Assembly: GCA_947452925.1 (NCBI GenBank) | Contig: CANGFK010000001.1 | Span: forward strand, 1-62,711 | Source: Chitinophagaceae bacterium | Lineage (GTDB): Bacteria; Bacteroidota; Bacteroidia; Chitinophagales; Chitinophagaceae | Length of the DNA: 62,711 bases | Direction: 5' to 3' | Shown: piece after piece, positions 41,595 to 51,051 of the stretch | How the letters are laid out: each line of letters begins with the position of its first letter | Position numbering within the stretch: position 1 is the stretch's first letter | The notes under the pieces: generated by a model | What the model was told of the DNA's origin: nothing | Database searches by the model: none | What the model saw: only the letters and a program-made list of their open reading frames with translations | Translations under genes and position numbers: made by a program

Positions 41595-41894
41595 AAAGTT
41601 GCTTGCTGTCACACCGTTACGACCATTTGGGTGGGAAAGCCTTTTTGCTGTCACACCATTACTCCCGTGGCAGCAAAAAGCCTTGCTTACTGCCACAACA
41701 ATACGACTGTGACAGCAAAAAGCCTTGCTTACTGTCACACCAATACGACCGTGACAACAAAGAGCCTTGCTTACTGTCACAACAATACGACCGTGACAGC
41801 AAAGAGCCTTGCTTACTGTCACAACAATACGACTGTGGCAGTAAAAAGCCTTGCTTGTCCAAAAGGGCGTAACGGTGTGATAGCAAGCAACTTT
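41595..41894. repeat. 42-bp tandem array (6 units, internally palindromic) bounded by 36-bp terminal inverted repeats
   Basis: Units at 41605, 41647, 41689, 41731, 41773, 41815, consensus actgtcacaacaatacgaccgtgacagcaaaaagccttgctt; TIRs 41595-41630 and 41859-41894. Confidence 0.92.
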
Positions 41895-42005
41895 ATTTAC
41901 TTCAAAACACGTCATCAGTTTTGGTAAAAAGTATCCATTCTCACATTATTCATTTCTACTTATTTTTGAAAAAGTATTTATTCATTAAACAATCAATAAT
42001 CGGTT

Positions 42006-43166
42006 ATGAAACTACTGAAACCTAAATATGCAATTGCTACTATTTTAGCCTTAGTTCTTTTCTCTTGTAAAAAGGATGGGGCACCTTCAAGCCCTAAAGA
42101 TCCAATTGTTACTAAGGGTAAATGGTTTGAATTAGGAGGAAAAGATAGCTCTAACTTTAATGGTATCATTCGTATTATTAATATAGATGTCGTTGGAAAT
42201 GTTTACGCTGGAGGGGATTTCAAAAACTCAAATAATAAAAATTATATAGCAAAATGGGATGGGAGCAAATGGCGTGAACTTGGCGGTCTCAATAATTCCT
42301 CTTTTAATGGGTCTATTACTAGTATAATTAACGATGGTATGGGTAATCTATATGTTGCAGGTCTTTTTACTAACAATAATGGCAAGTGCTATGTAGCAAA
42401 ATGGAATGGAAGTGGTTGGAGTGAGCTGGGAGGAACAAATACATCGACTTTTAATGACGGTATTTCAAGTATAACTAAGGATGGTAGTGGTAATCTATAT
42501 GCAGTTGGGTGGTTTAAAAACGAAAAATACAAACACTATGTAGCAAAATGGAATGGGAGTAATTGGAGTGAGCTAGGAGGAACAAATACATCGACTTTTA
42601 ATAATAATATATTATGTATTACAAGCGATATTAGTGGGAACTTATATATAGATGGAGGTCAAAATACTTTTGTATGGGAATATGTAGCCAAATGGGACGG
42701 GGGTAGTTGGGGCGGACTTGGGAATAAAAATTATAGCTTTAATAATCCAATTTATACAATCGTCACGGACAGCAGTGGGAATGTATATGCTGGGGGAAAT
42801 TTTACTACAACAAATCATAAAACATTTGTAGCTAAATGGGAGGGAGGCAATTGGGGTGTACTTGGAGATACTAATAATTTTTATTCTAGTCGAAACGACA
42901 CTGTTCTTAATCGTATCAATAGCATTGCAATTGGTAGTAGTGGCAATGTATATGTGGCTGGCGGAATTACAAACGGAATTGGTAAGTCCTACGTAGCCAA
43001 ATGGGATGGAAGCAATTGGAGCGAACTAGGCAGTAGTACAGACTCTATTTTCAATGGTTATTTTGGCATTTCGAGTATCAGCATAGATAAAAATAATAAT
43101 GTATATGCTGTTGGTTACTTTATCAATGCTAATGGCAAATACTATGTTGCTGAAATTAAACAATAA
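42006..43166 (+). CDS. Lipoprotein with ~48-aa beta-propeller repeats
   Basis: Lipobox LFSC-KKD; about 7 repeats of GNxYxxG.F....YVAKW(D/N)GSxWxELG. Confidence 0.85.
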   Translation: MKLLKPKYAIATILALVLFSCKKDGAPSSPKDPIVTKGKWFELGGKDSSNFNGIIRIINIDVVGNVYAGGDFKNSNNKNYIAKWDGSKWRELGGLNNSSFNGSITSIINDGMGNLYVAGLFTNNNGKCYVAKWNGSGWSELGGTNTSTFNDGISSITKDGSGNLYAVGWFKNEKYKHYVAKWNGSNWSELGGTNTSTFNNNILCITSDISGNLYIDGGQNTFVWEYVAKWDGGSWGGLGNKNYSFNNPIYTIVTDSSGNVYAGGNFTTTNHKTFVAKWEGGNWGVLGDTNNFYSSRNDTVLNRINSIAIGSSGNVYVAGGITNGIGKSYVAKWDGSNWSELGSSTDSIFNGYFGISSISIDKNNNVYAVGYFINANGKYYVAEIKQ

Positions 43167-43318
43167 TATAACCCAACACTATCCGCTACGAATGCTTCAA
43201 ATTAATCACTAATCACTCCAAGCAGCTTCTTTTCCGCATCGCGGTGGTTGCTTTTCCCGATTCTGGCAGTATCTCATTTTTCATTCCCGCACTTTTGCGC
43301 TCAACTAAAAACAGGGGA

Positions 43319-45505
43319 ATGAATAGAAGAATTACACTGGCAGCAGGAGCTGTATTACTGTTTGCAATGGCTGGTATGGCACAAAAGAAAAGTATCAAAG
43401 ACTCTGTCTTTGTATTAAATGGTGTTACCGTTACGGGATACAAAACGATGAATGGTATAGGACATCTGCTTGAAACAAAGGATGGCGTTATCTATGCAGG
43501 TAAGAAAACAGAAGTGATTGTTGTGGATAGTCTGGATGCAAACAAAGCTATCAATAATACCCGTCAGATATTGGGCAGAATACCGGGACTGAACATTGTG
43601 GAGACCGAAAGCAGTGGTTTTACCTCTAACGGGATTGCCACACGGGGACTGAATCCTAGCCAGAGTATAGAAATGAATACCAGACAAAATGGTTATAACA
43701 TCAGCGCCGATGTCTATGGCTACAACGAGGCCTATTACATACCCGCAATGGAGGCCGTGAAGAGGATTGAATTTGTACGTGGCGCATCGTCCTTGCAGTT
43801 TGGGGCACAGTTTGGAGGCCTGGTGAATTATATAATTGAAGACGCACCAAAGAATGTTCCTTTTCAGTTTGTCACTTCACAATCATTAGGCAGTTTCGGT
43901 ATGTACAACTCATACAATGCCATTAGTGGCAACTACAAAAAGTGGAATTACCTTGGCTTTATTCAATACAGAAACATTGATGGTTACAGGGCCAATAGTC
44001 AGCAAAGGCAGTTATCTGGTTTTGGAAAAGTACAATATGCCCCATCCGAAAAGCTGAATATCAGTCTGGAATATTCCTTTCTGAGAAACCGAATCCAGAT
44101 GCCAGGAGGTTTGTCGGATAGTTTGTTTAATGCAGACCCCAAAGCATCTATCCGGGCAAGGAACTGGCTAAAGAGCCCTTGGAATATTATCAGTAATAAT
44201 ATTTCTTATACGCCTACGGCTAATACAACCCTATCGCTAAATACGACTTATCTGTTCAGTAACCGCTCACTTGTTTGGCGCAATGAAGACGGTGGAGCAA
44301 GCGTACTGGATACAATAGACCGAGCGACAGGTAAATTGGTGACCCGTGAAGTGGAAAGCGAAGACATGAATAGTATTGCAACCGAAGCCAGAATTTCTAC
44401 CAACTATAAACTAGGTAAAAACAAGAGTACTTTGGCAGGAGGCGTACGGATTAGTCATGCTTGGTTCAAGCGCTTGGAAGGAGGTGAGGGTACAACTGGT
44501 AGTGATTTCGACCTGTCCATAACAGGTGATTGGGAAGGTAACCTCAACTTAAGTACAACCAATATCGCTCCCTTTGTAGAGAATATATTCAGGATAGGAG
44601 ACAAGTTCACCATCACTCCAGGCTTTCGTTTAGAATACTTGAGAAGTACGGTGGATGGATATGTCACTGATGAAGATGGCTCGAGGGTTTATTCTAATCT
44701 TGCCAAGGATAGAACATTTCTTCTGACAGGTATTGGCTTAGAGTTGAAGCCTAAGAGTAATGTAAGCATATATGGTAACATTAGTCAGTCGTACCGCCCA
44801 ATCGATTATAGTCAGTTGACGCCCTTTGGTGTGACAGCCAAGATTGATTCCAAAATGAAAGATGCCTCTGGCTTCAACTCTGATCTGGGCATAAGAGGTA
44901 CGATGAAAAACTACCTGAACTTCGATTGTAGTTTGTTTTATCTGGCCTATAATAACAGGATTGGTACAACCCTATTAACGGATGCAAACACAGGGGATAG
45001 CTATGCCTACCGGACCAATATTGGTAATAGTGCGCATTGGGGAGTTGAATCTTATATAGAGTTTAATCTGCTGAAATACCGCCATGAAACATCTAAAAGA
45101 GGGTTGAGTATCTTTAATTCTTATGCCTTTATAGATGCCCGTTATACAACAGGAATGTATAAAGGAAACAGGGTAGAAGCTGCTGCAAAACAGATAGAAA
45201 GGGTAGGTATTATTTATACCGATAAAGCATTCTCTTCTACTTTTCAAGTGAACTATGTGGGTGATGCCTATGGCGATGCTACCAACGCAAAAGTGAGCGA
45301 AGATCCCATTGCGGGCTACATCCCAGCCTATACGGTTCTGGATTTTAGTGCTACCTACAGGATAAGCAACTACGCCATCAAAGCTGGAGTAAACAATATT
45401 GCAGACAAGGCATACTTTACCAGAAGAACGGATGAATATCCTGGCCCGGGCATCATACCAGCAATAGGAAGAAGCTTTTATATTGGGGTAACTGCTAAAT
45501 TTTAG
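43319..45505 (+). CDS. TonB-dependent receptor (FecA-like)
   Basis: Signal peptide from MNRRIT; plug RIPGLNI...IATRGLNP, IEFVRGASSLQFG; GVNNIADKAYFTRR; terminal Phe. Confidence 0.92.
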   Translation: MNRRITLAAGAVLLFAMAGMAQKKSIKDSVFVLNGVTVTGYKTMNGIGHLLETKDGVIYAGKKTEVIVVDSLDANKAINNTRQILGRIPGLNIVETESSGFTSNGIATRGLNPSQSIEMNTRQNGYNISADVYGYNEAYYIPAMEAVKRIEFVRGASSLQFGAQFGGLVNYIIEDAPKNVPFQFVTSQSLGSFGMYNSYNAISGNYKKWNYLGFIQYRNIDGYRANSQQRQLSGFGKVQYAPSEKLNISLEYSFLRNRIQMPGGLSDSLFNADPKASIRARNWLKSPWNIISNNISYTPTANTTLSLNTTYLFSNRSLVWRNEDGGASVLDTIDRATGKLVTREVESEDMNSIATEARISTNYKLGKNKSTLAGGVRISHAWFKRLEGGEGTTGSDFDLSITGDWEGNLNLSTTNIAPFVENIFRIGDKFTITPGFRLEYLRSTVDGYVTDEDGSRVYSNLAKDRTFLLTGIGLELKPKSNVSIYGNISQSYRPIDYSQLTPFGVTAKIDSKMKDASGFNSDLGIRGTMKNYLNFDCSLFYLAYNNRIGTTLLTDANTGDSYAYRTNIGNSAHWGVESYIEFNLLKYRHETSKRGLSIFNSYAFIDARYTTGMYKGNRVEAAAKQIERVGIIYTDKAFSSTFQVNYVGDAYGDATNAKVSEDPIAGYIPAYTVLDFSATYRISNYAIKAGVNNIADKAYFTRRTDEYPGPGIIPAIGRSFYIGVTAKF

Positions 45506-45517
45506 AAAGAATAAAAT

Positions 45518-45570
45518 GCCAAAGAGGCACAGAGAAGATACTAGTTCTTAATTCTCTGTGCCTCCGTGGC
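45518..45570. repeat. REP-like palindrome / bidirectional terminator
   Basis: gaggcacagagaa ... ttctctgtgcctc between convergent genes. Confidence 0.7.
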
Positions 45571-45579
45571 AAAAAAGTA

Positions 45580-48153
45580 TTACAACACAAACCCCTTCTC
45601 ACCATCCTTTACAGTAATATGGGTTCTTCCATCGGCAGTAGGGCTAAAGGTTAGTTCTTGCTTTTCTCCATTACTCCACTTCACAGTCAACTTGGTATGA
45701 CTCCTGTTCCAGTTAGTTTTAGGCAGCTCATCACCATTGCGGTAAGGGTATAACAGCACTTTATAGTCTGGCGAAACTGCATCAGCAGGGATTATCAATC
45801 TCCTGACATTACTCTCCTTAGGCTTTGGATCCTTGCTGCGCCATTCCTCAATATTCACCATGTTGGCAGCAACAGTATTGTTCATATTCAGCACTTTCAC
45901 CAATAACATTGGTTGTTTTGCTGGAACTATCCCATTATACTTAGCAGGTAATGAGTCTTTATCCCAACCATTCTTTTGTTCAGGGTCGTTACCAGTAAGA
46001 ATAATGTCTAGCTCATGGTCATTTACCTTGTTGGAACTCACTATTTGTATGTCGTGTTCAAGCGTAAGAATCCAGTCGTAGTGATGTACTTTTTCATCTT
46101 TGGCAATATCATCTACCACAATAGCAAAAGGTTTTGTAGCCCTTACAATGCCCGCCGTACGGAATGCTTTTAGCACCGGATAATTTACCTGGCGCAAGAA
46201 AGGACGCACCGCACCTGTTGGCAATATCCAATGCGGCGTTTCGCTACGAGGAACATTTAGGTAGGAGTAGGGTAGTTTGAGGTAACTAAAATGATTCACT
46301 GTATTAGGTTCCAATTCCCAGTTGCCTGTCTTTGGCATCTCTACTTTTCCTGCCCTGATATCTGCAACGGTGTAATAACCCTTCTTTCGCTCTTGTTCTT
46401 TGTTGTTATAATCCCATGCATACTTGGCATCGCCTACGGCAAAAGTGGCAAAGGGTTCATCTTTAAAGTCAACCATAGTAGCAGGCGTGTGTTCATCTTG
46501 CGGATGCTTATCAATTACCACTATACTTTGCTTAAAGTTATCAAAAGCATATCCTCCCTGAACAGGACTCCAGACTCTGCCTGCACCAGCCACCATAATA
46601 CAGTTTCTATCGGCCGATGGATGTCCGCCATTTGCCTGACGTGTATGTAAATTCAGCATCAAAGCATCTTTTGTCCAGCTACTTCTAGTCATCATCAATG
46701 CACGTTCGCCACAAAAGAACGTATTGCCTAGATTCAGTTTAGAGGGGTCATTATTGTCCTTATCAAAGTCTGTAGCGAAAATGGAAAAGAACAATAGAGC
46801 ATTATAATAGCCATCCGGACGGTCTGGCACATTGCTATAATCATCGTGCATTCCCTTGTGATATACCCAATCTATTTTTTTATCATTCGGGAACATATAC
46901 TTCAAGCCCAACAAATCGCTGATGTTTGCCCCGCCCGACTTACCATGACAACCACCCAATAAATCATACTTAATAAAGCCATCTTCTTGTGGAATAATGC
47001 TGTGCGGCAAGAAACTTCTGGCATAAGCCTGCAGATAAGGATGCCCAGAAATGTCTTCGAAGCCATATAGCTTAGTGCGCTTTGCAAAAGTTACAATACC
47101 ATCCATGCCTAGTTGGTTCTTGGCTTCCCCTTCAAAAGTTGCCCCCGATTGAAACCAACCATACGTCATCAGGTTATGCCACCCACGGTACATTCCTTTC
47201 ACTTTCAAGTCATTAAAACCAGGCTCACCCTCAATGGCCAATACTTCAAACAACCAATAAGAGAACGTTGCCCAGTTACTTCTTGCAGCTTCTGCCGTAT
47301 TGAACGTGCCATAGTTATCATGGCTCCAGGTATTCTCAGCAAGTTCATCGTGCATGGCTTTCTTCTGTTCAGGCGTTAACCAGTTAAAGATAAAGTCGTA
47401 GATAAAAGCCAGTTGAAACCTACCAATAGGCTGCTCATTTGGTTTGGTAATGTTCTTTACTGCGCGAATAGAATCTCGTTTGGCAACATCAATCTTCAAC
47501 GCAGTCATTGCAGCGTTGGCTAGTTTCTTAGCGCATGTTTCATCATTCTCAACTAAACATCTAAAGGCTTCCAAAGAGAAAGCATCCCAATAAAACGCTG
47601 GAAAAGAGGTAGCAGTGCCCTTGGCCAATCCATCATAAATATCCCTTGCCAATGGATTATGGTTATATGCCATCCCACTTACACGTGGAATAATCAATCT
47701 AAACAGGGGTACCCTTCCATGCAAGCCACCAAAGTTGCCATTCCACACGTCGGGTTTTGCATACTCTTTGGTATCATCATAATTGCCTTTCATCATCTCT
47801 GTCCACGAAAGGATATTCTTCCAACAAGCCTGTCCACATTGGGTTTCCTTGAGGTTTTTACGAATCTCAGGCAAATCATCCGGCCCAAAATAAATGCGGG
47901 GATGTATGCCCGGCGCAGGCACTTGATTTACCTTACGTACTCCCTCAAAATTAAAGGTCACCGGGCGGCTTCCAAAGTCTTTAGGGTTAGCTGCCCCCCA
48001 AAGCAGTACGCCGGGCTTACCATTTTCATCTTTATAATTACTGTAAGAATCGGCGGGTTTATCTGCAAAAGGAGATTGATTGTTTACGTACTGACCCCAA
48101 CCAAAAACTGATAGGGTAAGTGTAACACAAGCAAGCAAAATAGACTTCTTCAT
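45580..48153 (-). CDS. Secreted heparinase II/III-like putative lyase, paralog of 38877-41441
   Basis: PAPGIHPRIYF, SNW, GATFEG, TRSSW, HPSADRN, AFRTAG, KVLLYPY motifs shared with 38877-41441; start MKKSIL. Confidence 0.7.
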   Translation of the reverse strand: MKKSILLACVTLTLSVFGWGQYVNNQSPFADKPADSYSNYKDENGKPGVLLWGAANPKDFGSRPVTFNFEGVRKVNQVPAPGIHPRIYFGPDDLPEIRKNLKETQCGQACWKNILSWTEMMKGNYDDTKEYAKPDVWNGNFGGLHGRVPLFRLIIPRVSGMAYNHNPLARDIYDGLAKGTATSFPAFYWDAFSLEAFRCLVENDETCAKKLANAAMTALKIDVAKRDSIRAVKNITKPNEQPIGRFQLAFIYDFIFNWLTPEQKKAMHDELAENTWSHDNYGTFNTAEAARSNWATFSYWLFEVLAIEGEPGFNDLKVKGMYRGWHNLMTYGWFQSGATFEGEAKNQLGMDGIVTFAKRTKLYGFEDISGHPYLQAYARSFLPHSIIPQEDGFIKYDLLGGCHGKSGGANISDLLGLKYMFPNDKKIDWVYHKGMHDDYSNVPDRPDGYYNALLFFSIFATDFDKDNNDPSKLNLGNTFFCGERALMMTRSSWTKDALMLNLHTRQANGGHPSADRNCIMVAGAGRVWSPVQGGYAFDNFKQSIVVIDKHPQDEHTPATMVDFKDEPFATFAVGDAKYAWDYNNKEQERKKGYYTVADIRAGKVEMPKTGNWELEPNTVNHFSYLKLPYSYLNVPRSETPHWILPTGAVRPFLRQVNYPVLKAFRTAGIVRATKPFAIVVDDIAKDEKVHHYDWILTLEHDIQIVSSNKVNDHELDIILTGNDPEQKNGWDKDSLPAKYNGIVPAKQPMLLVKVLNMNNTVAANMVNIEEWRSKDPKPKESNVRRLIIPADAVSPDYKVLLYPYRNGDELPKTNWNRSHTKLTVKWSNGEKQELTFSPTADGRTHITVKDGEKGFVL

Positions 48154-48293
48154 TTGTAAGCACTTTAATAATGTAATAAAACGCAAGCAAAGACTTGAAG
48201 GGATGAAGAAGGTTTAGTGATGGACTGACCAATTGTTGTTTTGGATGTTGCAGGTTGTCAATAAAACAAAAAAGTCAAGAGTCTTCGGCTTTT

Positions 48294-48373
48294 CAACCTC
48301 CAACCCTCAACCTCTTTTCTCTGCCTTACGCCGTATGCCTTATTCCTTATGCCTTACAACCTAATACTTGCTT
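48294..48373 (+). repeat. Heptamer-rich intergenic repeat, left copy
   Basis: caacctccaaccctcaacc and cttacaacctaatacttgctt recur exactly at 61761 and 61804; gccttac heptamers. Confidence 0.75.
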
Positions 48374-48469
48374 ACACTGTCCTAAACCCCACTCTTCGCC
48401 ACTTAGCCAATCATCACAATCCACCCATGAATCAACACATTTTTACATGTAGCCAACAACCAAAATTTT

Positions 48470-49018
48470 TTAACCAACCTCTTTTAATCTTCCTTTATTT
48501 ATATAAAATGACCATCCAATAAAAATTGAAACATACATAACTAGTGTAAAAATATAATGATGTGTTGTTTCAAATAATGGTCTATAGAATTCATAAACCC
48601 ATTCAAGACCGGTACACCTAAGCATATTTGCAATTAAAAGAAGAAGAAGTCCAACAATTATATATAACGTTTTCCTTTTCTTATTTCCTGGCAATAAAGA
48701 AATGACTCCTGCATAAATTAACATAAGTTCTAGTCCATTACAAGCATCTCCTATTCTAAGAATTACGTGTTCTCCACGAATCAAAAGAACCTCGCCAACA
48801 TTTATATTATCTACACAATAGACCTTAGGAAGAGTGCTCTTACCAAAAAAATTAATGAAAACAGTAGTGCCTTCACCAATAAATCTCGTTAATAGCTTAT
48901 CAGGGAATCTAATTGGTCGTAGAATAAAAAAGTACAATAATCGCCACGCTCCTACAATCAACACAGACTTTATGATGAATTGTAAAGCAGGGCTAAGATT
49001 TGACCATTTATTATTCAT
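48470..49018 (-). CDS. Exosortase/archaeosortase family protein (XrtX/XrtY-like short form)
   Basis: IGDACNGLE (catalytic Cys), ANMLR (Arg), THHYIF (His) triad in a multi-TM protein. Confidence 0.88.
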   Translation of the reverse strand: MNNKWSNLSPALQFIIKSVLIVGAWRLLYFFILRPIRFPDKLLTRFIGEGTTVFINFFGKSTLPKVYCVDNINVGEVLLIRGEHVILRIGDACNGLELMLIYAGVISLLPGNKKRKTLYIIVGLLLLLIANMLRCTGLEWVYEFYRPLFETTHHYIFTLVMYVSIFIGWSFYINKGRLKEVG

Positions 49019-49124
49019 TTTATTTAGGACTTGAAAATAATTAAATCAAGTTGAGCAATAATTAAAGCCTGAACTCATCGAAAGCTAACTCGCTTCCTAT
49101 TTTGAAAATAATTTGAAGTACTAT

Positions 49125-49790
49125 TTAGTTTACTTGTAATGCTTTTGTTTCAACAATTGTACTTCCAGAGAAAATGATGATGTTATAAGAACCTACAGGT
49201 AGTTTTCCAATTTTTAAATCTTGTACTGTTGAGGCTACTTCAATTTCAGAAGCGAAAAATCGTTGACCAATAGTATTGCACAAAACAATTTTATATTTTC
49301 CAGTCAACAAATTTCCACTGGAAATATGTAAAGTATTACCGACCAATGGATTAGGGAAAAATTTAATACTGCCATGCTTATTCCCTCCAAAATATTTAAT
49401 AGGGCTATATGTAAAACCTCCTTTAATGTCTGTTGCCTTAATGCGAAAATAAGAGGCTGAATTTACCTTATCAATAGTAGTGTGATAAGAAGCAGAAGCT
49501 GTATTCTTGGCCAAAGTGGTGAAAATTCCTGAAAAAGTGCTCCCATTTTCTGATTTTTCAAGTGTATAAGAACCCAATTGGGTCTCTCCAATTGTATTCC
49601 AAGAAATAGTAACGTTATCAATTCCTTCAGAAACTGATAGGTTAATCAATTTTACAGGTACAAGAGTTGTATCACCATCACTTCCACCACCATCCAAAGG
49701 ACCACCCTGCGCTTTAACAAGTGTAGTTGATAGTACTGATATTACAAAAACAGCTACAAGTCTCAAAATATGTATACTTCTATTTTTCAT
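49125..49790 (-). CDS. Small T9SS type A sorting domain protein
   Basis: Signal peptide VKA|QGGPLDGG; VPVKL Ig-like domain (YFRIK); CTD FFPNP...GSY. Confidence 0.85.
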   Translation of the reverse strand: MKNRSIHILRLVAVFVISVLSTTLVKAQGGPLDGGGSDGDTTLVPVKLINLSVSEGIDNVTISWNTIGETQLGSYTLEKSENGSTFSGIFTTLAKNTASASYHTTIDKVNSASYFRIKATDIKGGFTYSPIKYFGGNKHGSIKFFPNPLVGNTLHISSGNLLTGKYKIVLCNTIGQRFFASEIEVASTVQDLKIGKLPVGSYNIIIFSGSTIVETKALQVN

Positions 49791-49857
49791 TTTTATTTTT
49801 TTAATTAATAATAATGATCAACAGCAATCTAATATTGCTGTTAATCATTAAAAAATT

Positions 49858-50940
49858 TTATTTCACTTGTAAACTTGTACTGTAAACAACACTAGCTTCA
49901 GAACTGATCACCAAGCTGTATTGACCAGCAACTTGTTTACCTATATTCAAGTTGTAAGAGCCAGATCTTCCGTCAATCATAGCTGCAAAAACTTTTTTAC
50001 CTGCCAAATCGTATACAACAACAGCATATTTAGCATCTGAAAGATTGCTAGCTGATAGATGAAGTAAACCTCCAGCTACTGGATTAGGATAAACATTAAT
50101 TGCAGCACTAATTCCTGCAACAAATAAAACTTTGCTGTAGGTTACAGATCCATCTACATTGGTTGCCTTAATTCTGTAATATTTGTTTGCATTGGAAGCT
50201 TTAGTATCTATATAAGAATAATTTGCAGAAGCAACATTCTTTGCATCAACTGTAGAAACAGAAACAAAACTATTACCATTAGTAGAGCTTTCAATCGTGT
50301 AAGAAACCAAGTCAAGCGCTCCAAGTGCATTCCAGTTAACTTTTACTTGACCATTTTTTAGTCTTTCGGCAGAACCAGAAATGAGTCTGATAGGCAATGC
50401 AGTTGTTTTAAAAGCAAGTGCAAAACGCTTACCATACGTATTGGTATCAGCAGTAGGTGTAAATGAAAGAGTAGTGGTATCGCTAGTTAATTCAGTAATT
50501 GTTTTAGCATACCTGTCAACAATCATAGTGGTTACACCAGGAACTTTAAAGGCTGTAGCAACAAGCTGTAATTGATAATTAGTTCCGGCAGTTAGTTCTG
50601 TAACCGAAATGGTAATAGTGTCGGCTGAGGTTAAGGTGTTGTATCCATCAATACCTAATAGCTTGCCTTTCTCTACAAAAGAAATATTATCAGCTGTGTT
50701 TTGAATTTGATTAGAACCCGCACCATTTGCCTTCAATGAAGAATTAACCAATAATTTTAGACCGTTAGCTTGACCAAAACCAGAAACAGTATTCTTCAAT
50801 AAATTCACATACAAGCTATAAGCAGTTCCTTTAGGGCTATGAACATGGGCAATATTCCTTGCAGTACTAGTTTGACCAATAACCAACATAGATGCACCCA
50901 TTATTAGGTACATTTTAATTTTTGTAATTAATAATCTCAT
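49858..50940 (-). CDS. T9SS type A sorting domain protein
   Basis: Signal peptide; LPIRL Ig-like domain (YYRIK); CTD VYPNP...GQYSL; N-domain similar to the end of 51356-56167. Confidence 0.85.
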   Translation of the reverse strand: MRLLITKIKMYLIMGASMLVIGQTSTARNIAHVHSPKGTAYSLYVNLLKNTVSGFGQANGLKLLVNSSLKANGAGSNQIQNTADNISFVEKGKLLGIDGYNTLTSADTITISVTELTAGTNYQLQLVATAFKVPGVTTMIVDRYAKTITELTSDTTTLSFTPTADTNTYGKRFALAFKTTALPIRLISGSAERLKNGQVKVNWNALGALDLVSYTIESSTNGNSFVSVSTVDAKNVASANYSYIDTKASNANKYYRIKATNVDGSVTYSKVLFVAGISAAINVYPNPVAGGLLHLSASNLSDAKYAVVVYDLAGKKVFAAMIDGRSGSYNLNIGKQVAGQYSLVISSEASVVYSTSLQVK

Positions 50941-50974
50941 ATTGTATTTATTTAAATTCTATTTTACCAAAAAA

Positions 50975-51008
50975 GCGTACAAAAAATTCAGTTGAATTTT
51001 TTGTACGC
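50975..51008. terminator. Long perfect hairpin after the PID-CTERM-like gene
   Basis: gcgtacaaaaaattca-gt-tgaattttttgtacgc, with an A-run to its left (T-run on the minus strand). Confidence 0.7.
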
Positions 51009-51051
51009 ATAACTAAACTTATATAATTCTAATTAAAACCTACCCATTGCT

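Noticed and set aside
41595-41894. CRISPR array
   Set aside because: Units are near-identical along their full length, with no unique spacers and no cas genes in the window
41562-41927. Four overlapping Cys/His-rich repetitive ORFs
   Set aside because: By-products of the 42-bp (14-codon) tandem array, open on both strands; no independent coding evidence
43319-45505. SusC of a classical PUL
   Set aside because: Short FecA-like receptor without SusC signatures and no SusD downstream
48255-48452. 65-aa ORF
   Set aside because: Translation of heptamer-repeat intergenic DNA with a TTG start
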